From positions 230,244 through 294,243 of the forward strand of contig JACPFP010000002.1 of NCBI GenBank assembly GCA_016182915.1: DNA of 64,000 nt, in the 5' to 3' direction. Source of the stretch: Candidatus Dojkabacteria bacterium. Lineage in GTDB: Bacteria; Patescibacteriota; Dojkabacteria; SC72. Shown one piece after another: positions 53,009 through 63,100 of the stretch; position 1 is the stretch's first letter, and every line of letters begins with the position of its first letter. The position numbers were made by a program, and so were the translations under genes. The notes below the pieces were generated by a model. It ran no database searches. It was not told the DNA's origin and saw only the letters and a list, made by a program, of their open reading frames with translations.

Positions 53009-53096
53009 CATTAATTGCAAGTTGGAGGTTTTTCCAGGTTCACATTCACTTAGTGAGAGCCTGATGCCAGCTTGCACATTAAAAAAGGAGATAAAG

Positions 53097-53750
53097 ATGT
53101 TCGGAAAAGCTATGTCCATAAGGGGAAAAGCTGGGTTAATCCAGCTGAAGCCGTTCGCTAAAGAGGAGATCGCCTGCGCGAGAGTTTGCGGTATGTTCAG
53201 TGACCACGAGGTTACCCGCTATACCCTCATGCAGCACTCCCCTTCCATATCCGACGAAGAGAAGTTCTGGGAAAGGACCAGTGAGGATAAAGATTCGAGA
53301 GTTTGGGGTGTATACCTCGATGAAAGCCCCCTCATAGGGATAACCTCAATCAGGATAGATATACCCAATCATATGGGCTCAACCGGCTTTATGCTCTACG
53401 ATAAGAGTTTCTGGAGAAAAGGCATTGCCTCAACAAGCCATTTAGCCAGAACCCATTACGCCGTGGAGTTTCTAGACCTGAAGTCGATTACGAGTGGAGT
53501 TATATCCCCCAATACCGGCTCACGAAAAGCCCTTCAAAGTGTCGGATACTTCATAACGGGATATAAGTTGGGTCAACTATACCGAAATGGAGTCTACAGA
53601 CATCATGTCGATCTACAATGGATCCGTCCCGGATATGAGAACCTGATCCTCGCAGACGGAATCCCAGAAGAACTATCTTCCAGAGCAAAGGAAGCTATCC
53701 TAACCGCCGAAAAAGCTCTCCAAAGAGCCAAAGTTGAAGTGAAATTCTAA
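53097..53750 (+). CDS. GNAT N-acetyltransferase (RimJ/RimL-like)
   Basis: SD AAGGAG 8 nt upstream of the ATG at 53097. Motif NTGSRKALQSVGY. Confidence 0.65.
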   Translation: MFGKAMSIRGKAGLIQLKPFAKEEIACARVCGMFSDHEVTRYTLMQHSPSISDEEKFWERTSEDKDSRVWGVYLDESPLIGITSIRIDIPNHMGSTGFMLYDKSFWRKGIASTSHLARTHYAVEFLDLKSITSGVISPNTGSRKALQSVGYFITGYKLGQLYRNGVYRHHVDLQWIRPGYENLILADGIPEELSSRAKEAILTAEKALQRAKVEVKF

Positions 53751-53843
53751 ATTCAGTTGCAAGCTGGCGCAAGAGCCCTAGGTATAAAAAATACTTAGGG
53801 CTTTTTTCTTTTAAGGAATATCCATATCTTTCTACAAAGAAAT

Positions 53844-54776
53844 GTGAAAAAATCAGTTATGGAACTATCAAATGAGCTCACCGCACTATACAGACATTGG
53901 GAAAAACACATTAATAATAGAAACGAGGATAGGAAGGTGATATTAAACAGAGATGTATACGAGAGAATAGTTAAGTTTGCCAATGAAAGAATGACTATTT
54001 ATGAGAGGAAAATCAAAGGAGATCTTCCTCCATTCAGTACCGATAAGATACTCTGTAACTATAGATTTTGTAATATCTATAGAGAATTAGACAGACAAAC
54101 AATTGCATTCCATAGGCTTCTGAAACCATACGAAAATAACTTTTCCCTCTGGCTTCTCAATATGCTCTTCTGCCGTTTTATATGCAATCCAGGAACAATA
54201 TCGAAGGTTGGACTCCTAAACTTTGAAAGGAGCAACAACATTAAGGTATTTAAAAAGCTCTCCTCCCTATCCTCTCCTAAATATGGAGTCGCCTACATAT
54301 TTCCCATAAGTACAATACAAAAATCCAAATACAATACCCGTGAGAAATTCTTCTGTTACTACCTCCCCACCGTAATAAAAGAGATTGCAAAGGAGATTGA
54401 AGCCTTCGAGAGCATTTCAGTTACAGAGGCTTTAGAAAGACTCCTCCCTATCTTTGGCTTCAACTTTAAGTTCCATTTTACAGAACTCCTAATCGACACG
54501 GCATACCAGTACCCAGATAAAATAGATCTATTTAAGAGGTTCCCAATTGGCCCAGGCTCCCTCCCTACAATGAACCTCCTCAACCCTACTCAATCCCCAG
54601 AGGAGGTGTGCATGAGCCTTGCTTCCACACATCCTAACAAGTTTAACTACCTAACAATCAACGGTAAAAAGATTCCCCTTAGTGCAGAGAACTGGGAAGG
54701 GATAGGGTGTGAATTTAGAAAATATACAAACCTAAACAAGGGAGATGGAAGGAAGCGACTGTATATAAATAAGTGA
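53844..54776 (+). CDS. hypothetical protein (310 aa) with conserved-looking NYRFCNIYRELDRQT and GPGS blocks
   Basis: Long ORF with coding-like composition. No family confidently recognised. Confidence 0.45.
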   Translation: MKKSVMELSNELTALYRHWEKHINNRNEDRKVILNRDVYERIVKFANERMTIYERKIKGDLPPFSTDKILCNYRFCNIYRELDRQTIAFHRLLKPYENNFSLWLLNMLFCRFICNPGTISKVGLLNFERSNNIKVFKKLSSLSSPKYGVAYIFPISTIQKSKYNTREKFFCYYLPTVIKEIAKEIEAFESISVTEALERLLPIFGFNFKFHFTELLIDTAYQYPDKIDLFKRFPIGPGSLPTMNLLNPTQSPEEVCMSLASTHPNKFNYLTINGKKIPLSAENWEGIGCEFRKYTNLNKGDGRKRLYINK

Positions 54777-54788
54777 TATAATTCATAG

Positions 54789-55292
54789 ATGAAATTCATT
54801 ACCGCTAAGCAATACCAAACTATTAAAGATATCCCCAGATCCAGACTAACCGCCCGTTTTCTTGTCTACACAGGTGCGATTATTGAAAAAGGTGGAAAGG
54901 TCCTTTTGTGCAAGCCAATAAAATCCAAATACCCAGGATGGCAGTTACCAGGAGGAAAGGTCCTCTGGAGCGAAGATATCAGAGAGGCTGTATGTAGAGA
55001 GGTTCTAGAAGAAACGGGACTAACAGTTGAGTTACAAGGTCTCATAGGTATATTCGAGAGAAAAACGGAACCAGAAGACGAAGAGTTCCTACGGGTTATA
55101 TTTACAGCTTCCATCAAAGGAAAACCCATTAAAATTGAAGATCCTGAAATTGCAGAAATTAATTGGTTTGACCCTAAAGATATCCTCAATGAAAAAGTCC
55201 CTCTACAAACGAAACAGATGCTTAAAGAATTTGATCGATATGTTAAAGGAAAGAGTTTTCCACTCGAAGTAATTGATATATATACTTGGTAA
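54789..55292 (+). CDS. Nudix hydrolase
   Basis: Nudix box GGKVLWSEDIREAVCREVLEETGL. Confidence 0.7.
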   Translation: MKFITAKQYQTIKDIPRSRLTARFLVYTGAIIEKGGKVLLCKPIKSKYPGWQLPGGKVLWSEDIREAVCREVLEETGLTVELQGLIGIFERKTEPEDEEFLRVIFTASIKGKPIKIEDPEIAEINWFDPKDILNEKVPLQTKQMLKEFDRYVKGKSFPLEVIDIYTW

Positions 55293-56029
55293 AGATGAGA
55301 CCATATCTGAATAAATATAAGAAGAAAGAGCCTTTAACCATTGTCTGTATTGGCGATAGTACCACATCGCAAGAGTGGTGCCACCCAAACTGGGTTGATT
55401 GGATAAACTTTGTTTTCAGACAGGGAGAAGGAGAACTAGAGGGAGTTAAAAGAAAGGTTATCAACTCGGGAGGAGACGGACAAAATAATAGATATTTCAT
55501 AGAGAATTTCGAAGACACAATTGCTATGTATAAGCCCGACATAGTAGTAATGTCGCTTGGTTTTAATCATCTTGAAAAGATAGACAGATTCAGCGAATCT
55601 ACACTAGAATTAGTAAAAATGATTAAAGAGATCGGTAGTGAAGTAGTGCTTTGGTCAACATATGACACACCAAACCTCAAATACTCTGAAAAGTTGGGGC
55701 ACGCTAGTAATATATATCAAGAAGTAGCGAAAAGCCAAGACGCTATATTCGTCGATATATACTCCGAATTTAGAAGATACAACCTCCCTTCTCTCTTCAC
55801 TTTTGTACATCAATGGGACAACCCTGACTGGGGACTTAAACCAGGAGACATAGACTTCATACACTGCAATAAGATTGGAAATCAGGTAATAGCAGAAAAG
55901 ATTCTCAAAGAGGTATTCGAAACAGATCTTTCAATGACCAAGGAATGGGAGGCGGTTGGAGGAAGAATGGGAAATATGTTTCCAGTAGATCTTAATAACT
56001 ATTTATTAGAAAAACATAATGGAGAGTAA
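55286..56029 (+). CDS. SGNH/GDSL-family hydrolase
   Basis: Block I GDSTT, block II ...SLGFNH, block V DFIHCN. Confidence 0.65.
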   Translation: MVKMRPYLNKYKKKEPLTIVCIGDSTTSQEWCHPNWVDWINFVFRQGEGELEGVKRKVINSGGDGQNNRYFIENFEDTIAMYKPDIVVMSLGFNHLEKIDRFSESTLELVKMIKEIGSEVVLWSTYDTPNLKYSEKLGHASNIYQEVAKSQDAIFVDIYSEFRRYNLPSLFTFVHQWDNPDWGLKPGDIDFIHCNKIGNQVIAEKILKEVFETDLSMTKEWEAVGGRMGNMFPVDLNNYLLEKHNGE

Positions 56030-56486
56030 CATAACAGAATCAATAGAATCAATCCTCAAATCAACTTCTCTTCTTTCTATGGCAACTGTAAACGGAAAGA
56101 AAGCACACATAAATACTGCCTTTTTCGCCTATGATGAGAACTTTTACATCTATTTCCTTTCAGACTCTAAATCTCAACATATTAAAAATATTAAAAACAA
56201 CAACTCAGTTGCAGTTACAGTCTATACAAGCAACCAAACGCTAGCGGATAAACTTAAAGGAATACAGATATTCGGTACCTGCAAACAAGCAAACGGGAAA
56301 ACACTCCTGAATGCCTTTCTGGCATATTCCAAAAGGCACTCAATTTTTAGAAAGGAGATTAAAAAGCCTATTGACCTTAAGCTTTGGGGTTCCAAACTAT
56401 ACTGTATTAAACCAGAATATTTTAAAATACTTGATGAAAAAGTCTTTGGTGTAGGAAAGTGGGTAGAAGTTAAAGCAGTTCGCTAA
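56019..56486 (+). CDS. PNPOx-like FMN-binding split-barrel protein (general-stress-protein-26-like), tentative
   Basis: Size and N-terminal [22 protein letters not shown]...YIYFLSD pattern. Confidence 0.45.
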   Translation: MESNITESIESILKSTSLLSMATVNGKKAHINTAFFAYDENFYIYFLSDSKSQHIKNIKNNNSVAVTVYTSNQTLADKLKGIQIFGTCKQANGKTLLNAFLAYSKRHSIFRKEIKKPIDLKLWGSKLYCIKPEYFKILDEKVFGVGKWVEVKAVR

Positions 56487-57162
56487 AACTATCAATAGTA
56501 TGTTCGTGTTTAGATTTGAGCTCCTGGTTGTGCCCCTTCGTTATAACAACGATATAGTCCATTCCTGTGTTAACCGCGCTTTCTACCCCCGTTGGAGAGT
56601 CCTCAAATATAACAGTCTCCCCGCCTGTTCCACCGAGTAAATTTAGTGCTTTCAAAAAGATATCTGGAGCAGGTTTAGTATTCACAACATCTTCTACATA
56701 GACAACGGCATCGAAGTATTTAATCAAACCTGTCTGTTCCAAAATATACTGAGCAAACTCCCTACCATTAGATGTTCCCACCGCCATTTTCCTACCCTCA
56801 CTCTTCATCTTTTCAAGAAATTCGACCAATCCTTCTTTAATCTTAACCACTTCATTAAATCGTGTATGTAAAGCCTCTCTTTTCTTTGCTCTATACCTAT
56901 TCCTTGCCTCCTCTGCATTATAGTTGCTTCCAATTGATTCTAAATATTTAGTAAACCCGCTTATAGAACCGCTCCCTGCAAAATACTTCATATATTCATT
57001 ATATGTAAGCTCTCTATTAAGAATCTCCTTAACCGTATCTCTAAAACTTGTGTAATTTAGATTTTCCAAATCAACAATAGTACCATCAAGGTCAAAAAGG
57101 AGATATTTCTTATTCATCAAAACCTCCTTTACGCTAATCGACATAGATAAATATTGAAACAT
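56470..57162 (-). CDS. HAD-superfamily hydrolase (beta-phosphoglucomutase-like subfamily)
   Basis: Motif [12 protein letters not shown], motif II VGTSNG, motif [12 protein letters not shown]. Confidence 0.7.
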   Translation of the reverse strand: MFQYLSMSISVKEVLMNKKYLLFDLDGTIVDLENLNYTSFRDTVKEILNRELTYNEYMKYFAGSGSISGFTKYLESIGSNYNAEEARNRYRAKKREALHTRFNEVVKIKEGLVEFLEKMKSEGRKMAVGTSNGREFAQYILEQTGLIKYFDAVVYVEDVVNTKPAPDIFLKALNLLGGTGGETVIFEDSPTGVESAVNTGMDYIVVITKGHNQELKSKHEHTIDSFSELL

Positions 57163-57177
57163 TATTTAGTGGGTATC

Positions 57178-60100
57178 CTACTTTTTCCTTACTACAATAT
57201 TTTTAGTTATAGTTTTTTCTCCCTTTGCCGTGATATTAACAACACTAGATCCCCCCTCAAACTTCATCGCTTTATAATCGCTGGAGATAACAACAAGTTC
57301 GTATGCTCCGGGATATATTACAAACCTATACTTTCCATTCTTATCTGTAATACGCTTCGATACAAACCTATCAAACTTCATCTCTTTAATAGCAATCTCT
57401 ACATTCTCAATCGGTTTTCCCTTGATATCCGTAACAATTCCATATGATGCTTCCTCACCAAACATAGATTTATAGAGCATGTAGAAGGCCGGAATATAGA
57501 ACGCTATTACAATCCAATTAGTGAGAGATGGGAACTTTACAACGGTATATACACCAAGAATTATTCCACCCACGAAGATTACTGCGTGGAGCATTTTAAG
57601 AATAAGGTTTATACTAGTTCTTGCAGATACGGAAAGGGCTTTGAATCTATCAACTTTAGTTGGATCGATAGGGATAAGTACCCGAACCTCTTCCCTCTTA
57701 CTTAGGCTGAACAACTCACCTTTGTAGATAGGTTCAAGAGGATAATCAACTACACCCTTAACAATTTCTGTTGGATACTTAAATCCGCCTTTTTTAACAA
57801 GTAATTTATATTTTCCTTTCGGGAGTTCAACATTGAAAGATCCGTATACATCTGTTACATCTGTCCACACAAGCTTATCGTTAACATCATATATTCTGAC
57901 TATTGCTCTTGAAACTGGTTCTTTTGTAACCGAGTCATATACATATCCATATGGTTTACCTTTCTTTCTAAAGCCAAGAAGAGAAAGCATACTTAAAAAT
58001 AGTTGCGTTAAGAAGTATGGGACAGAACTAAATCCTCCACCGATAGCTGCTAGTCCAACTGTGACCGTTGCCGCAGTGGCCGTAGTTGTAACAGCTGTTA
58101 ACTGAGGTTCTGGAAGGTCCCCGACAACACTATTATCTATAGCTATCTTAACGCCATCAATAGCTTCTGTTGCATTAGTTTCTGCAACCGTTGTTAATAC
58201 AGTGTTAACAACATCATTCACAACTTTAATTGGTGTATTTATAACAACAGGGGGAGTGATTGGTTCTTCTTCCTCTTTTTCAGGATCTTCAACGGTAGGT
58301 TCTTTCACCTCGCCTCCTGTATCAACGGTTTCACCTAATCCTCCCGTTCCTGTTAAACCTGAGACAACCCAATAGCTAACACCATCAATTACTGAAGTAG
58401 ACACTGTAACCAATGACCCATCAATATCAATAGTCTGAGGATATGGACCAGCAAATACCACACTACCTGCACAATCACTATTTACTTCATCTATTGATTC
58501 CGCTTTTGTACACAATTTAAACCGATTACTCTCCTCCTTTGGAACATACATAGTATAGGTTCCCTTTAATCCTGCAGTTTCAGGGAGTTTAACAACAACT
58601 TTGCTACCCTCAGCCACGATAACAGCCGAACTCCAGTCTCTATTCTGTGTAAACTCAATCGGGACATCTGCAACAATTGTGTTGTTTCTAAGAACTCTAA
58701 CCTCCTGTACACCCCTCTGACCTCCTAAATCAGTACTTGGATCTACATTCAGACTGCTCTTTAGCCTGAGAAGTACTCCAACAGGAATATTCTCTATAAT
58801 TGCATTTGTACCATATTGAGTTCTTGCCCCCAAACCTGTAACAATTCCTGCCCCATTTCTTGCATTAATTCGGAAGGAGTAGTCTGAAACTGGTGCTAAA
58901 CCGCTTAACAGAACCCCTATATTCCCACCGAATTCTGAATATGTTCCCCAAACAGGTTCTGTTGTTAGAAGACCTGTTCTGAAATCTACAAATCTTCCTT
59001 GAGACTCCTCATATATAGAGTACTGAACACTTGAATCATTAGCGTTTCTAAATATTCTTAGGGTTAAAGACCTCAAAGTTACAGTATTAATACTCTCAAC
59101 TCCAGGAATGCTGGCTAATGTGTACGAAACAAAGCTTGAGGAGGTACCAGATTCAAGAAGATTACCATTTCTAGATTTAGCAATAAATTCATGCCTGGCT
59201 CCTGGAACAAGTCCGTTTATTGTCATACCATTGAGACCTCCGAAATCAGCAAATTTACCCCACTTAACATCAGATACTAGAGTTCCTGTTCTAGGATCTA
59301 CAGACTTTCCACTTACAATATCCATTATACTGTAGTCCGTATTCGCAGGATTCTGGTTTGCACTAACCTTTATAAGGAGAGAGGTTGGAGTATTAAGAGT
59401 AACTCCAACTCTTCCTGGAGTATTTGAAAGAGTATAAATCTTAGAACTTGGAGATGGCGTAGACTCTACATTCTGTCCATTACGGGATATTGTATGGAAT
59501 TCATACTCTGTATTTATTCCCAAACCACTTATACTAAAACCTGTTCCCCTCCCCCAATTAGTATACGTTCCCCAAACAGCATCCGTCTCCCATAAACCAT
59601 TTGTGTAGTTAAAATATTTAGAAGTTGTGACATCCTTGAAAGCAAAGGTTGTAACCTCTGGATTACCTCCATTATCAATTACAACCTTAATTCTAGATTC
59701 TGAAAGAGGAGTTAGAGCCGGCGAAGAGGTCTGAACGGAAAGGGTATAAATAGTCACAATATCTGATGTAGAAGTAATCACGTCTTCACCATCTCTAGCA
59801 ACAACTGCAAATTGATACTCTGCATTAGCAAAGAGTTCAGAGACAAAGAAACCAGAGGCCCCTCCTAATTCATCTAACGTATACCAGGAATCTGCAGAGA
59901 GAAGACGCCCTCTTCCTGACCTAAAATCTCCAACTTTCAATCCTGAAATGACCTCCCTCACTTGGTATTGAGTATTTGATGGATTACCGCTAGCGTTTAC
60001 AACAAGCTTTATAGCCGTTGAACTAGACGCCTCAGAGCTTGAGAACTGTGGTGTGGCAGCAGGCGTATATTTGGAAGCCGTTGAACTGTAATCTCCCCTC

Positions 60101-63100
60101 CCCGTTGCATTATAGGCAGCAACCTTTCTTGTATACAGAGTATTTGGGGTCATACCATATTCAATACATGAGGTAAGCGCAGTTCCTAAACACTCAGCAA
60201 CCTGTACTCCATTGGTATCATAGACCCGGTATCCCTGTTCATTTGTTTCATTATCTGTAAAGACCCATCTGATAGAGGTCTCGGACAACCTAATAGGAGT
60301 TCCTATAGTAGGGGCATTTAAAGAGGTACTTACATTTGAGCCTACGCTGAAGGAGGTTTCTATATTGTCAGCATTTCTTGCTTTTGCAACAAACTCATAA
60401 GTAGTTCCAGATTCTAAACCTGATATCGTATATCCGTTATCTCCTCCCCATTGCGCATATGTCCCCCAGACAGGAGTATCACTATCATTACCTGTATTAT
60501 AGTCAACATATTTGGATTTAGTTGAATTATATAAGGCAAGTTGGGTTGAAATTGGATTTCCATTCAGGTCTAAAACGGCCTTAAGCGAACTCACACTTAT
60601 ATCTGAAACTTCAACGCTCCCTGGAACATTTGCAAGGGTATATTTAGCCAGCCCAACAGAGAAGCTCGTATTTATATCATCATTATTTTTGGCTATTGTG
60701 GAGAATGTATATTCACTATTTGGTGAAAGTCCAACAACACCAAACCCAGTTACGCTTCCCCATTGTGCGTATGTGGCCCAGCTTGGCGAAGCCTGAAGTA
60801 CTCCAGTACTATTGTTTACATACAATCCAGAGGTATTTTCTCTCACTGCAAATTGTGTATAGACAGGATTACTAGAAGATCCGACAACAATGACGAGAAC
60901 AGTTGATGAGCTAGGTGAAAGTGAGACAACAGTTGGGGCATTGGCATAAGTATATCCTGAAACGGAAGTTGAAAATGCAGTTTCAATATCATTAGCATTC
61001 CTTGCTTTAACATCGAAAGTGTATTGAGTATTGGCAAGGAGACCATTAACGGTAACTCCACTTGCCCCGCCATATTGGGCATACGTACTCCAAACTGCAG
61101 TATCCGAAAGGGTATTAGTCGCCTCATCTATGAACTTTCCACTGTTAACTTCACGAACGGCATATGTAGTTGTAGAAGGATTGCCTCCTGTACCTAGGGT
61201 AACGTTAACACCGGTACTAGATACTCCCTCCGCAGAAACAACAGAAGGGACAACGGCATGCGTATAAACACTATATGTTCCACTATATGCGGTTTCAACA
61301 GCCTCACTGTTCCTTGCCTTCACCTTGAATATATATTCAGTGTTTGGGTCAAGATTATTTACATCAAAATCAACACCTGTATCAACATACTCAAACCATG
61401 TTGGAGTTGAAATAAGTTCTCCTGTTGTTTGAGAGTAGTATTTCCCAGTACCCTCTTCAAAAATACTAATTTCTGTTCCTCCTGGGTTGCCATTCATGGT
61501 AACCCCAAAAGAAACTCTACCTTGGGTTCCAGAAAGATTGGTTAAAGAAGGAATGGCTGCACGAGTCGTTTCAGATTGAGTCCCGCTAAATACACTATCA
61601 ACATTAGCATTATATGCCTTTACCTTTCTTGTATATGTAGTATTAGGAGAGAGACCCGTTTCATCACAAAAAGTAATATCAGGGGTCGCACATGTAATTA
61701 GAAGACTTCCACTTGAATCATATACTTTAAATCCACTTTCATTAACCCCACCATCCGTAAAATTCCAACGAATTGAACTTGAACTTAATGCCTGTCCGGA
61801 GACCAATATTGGAGTAGAAAGAAGGGTATAAATTTCGGTGGAACCACTATATGCGGTTGTAACGTCTTCAGAATTCTTAGCTCTAACGGCAAGTATATGC
61901 TGCGAACCCTCTGTTAATCCAGACACTAGAACCCCACCCCCTTGCGTCCAGGTGTCATAGTCAGCCCAAACCTCTGACAAACCAATGCTGCCATCAACAT
62001 TACTTATAAACTCATTGGCTCCATACTTTACAGAATACAAAACAGAACTTGGATTACTATTTAGATTTTGATTTAGAGAAACTCTAAACGTATGTTCTGT
62101 GATCTCGCTGGCAACAGGATCCAAAGGAGCATTTGCAAGAGTATAACCAGATACTGGATCCGTAGAAGAAGTCTCGACTCCCTCACCATTTCTAACTTTC
62201 ACAGTAAATGAATATTGAATATTTGGAGACATGCCGGAAAGGACTACCTGATCTGAGGCAGTCCATATATCTCCAATACTACATCCAGTAGTACAGATCA
62301 CGTGAATTGCACCTTGATCGGCTCCAAGATTAGGAACATTTGTAACAGAAACTGTGAAGGAGGTTGAGGTTGGATTTACAATAGAGACGGTAGGAAAAAG
62401 AGCTAGGGTATATTTAGACACAGAGTCGGAATCTAGGGTCTCAACACCGTCTCCATTTCTAGCTTTTACCACAAACGTATACTGAGTGTTGTTTGTAAGT
62501 GACGTTGCAGTTGCCGTTGTTGCAGGATTCCATACATTCAATCCCGAATCACAAGAGGCAGACGTGCAATCAAAGTATAATGCAGAGAGTCCTACTCCTA
62601 AATTAGAAACTCCTGCGGCATTCAGCCCAATACTAGTCGTCGCTACAGTGGTGGTAGAGATTGTAGGCGTATTTATAAGTGTATACCTACTAGTCAGGCT
62701 TGATGCCTGGCTATCACCATTAGCATTGTATGCAATTATAGCCCTTGTATATTGAGTATTGGCAGAAAGCCCTGTTTCATCACAATATGTAAGATCTGCA
62801 CTTGCACACGTAGCCTTTACAACCCCTAATTCGTCTACAACCTTAAACCCTGTTTCATTAGTAGCATTGTCTACGAAATTCCACCTTATAGAGCTTGTTG
62901 TTAACGCCTGAGCAGCAACGGATGTAGGTGCAGCAGGAGCGTTAGACTGCTCATTTGATAGTGAAAAAGAGATAGAATCTCCAGCGTTGTTATTCTTCTT
63001 AATAAAATAGGAGTTGAGATATGAAGGGAGGTTTGACGCAGAAGCCGTTGTCGTAGTCAAAGTATGATTGTGTGTATACCCAGCTAAAGTACCTGCTGGA

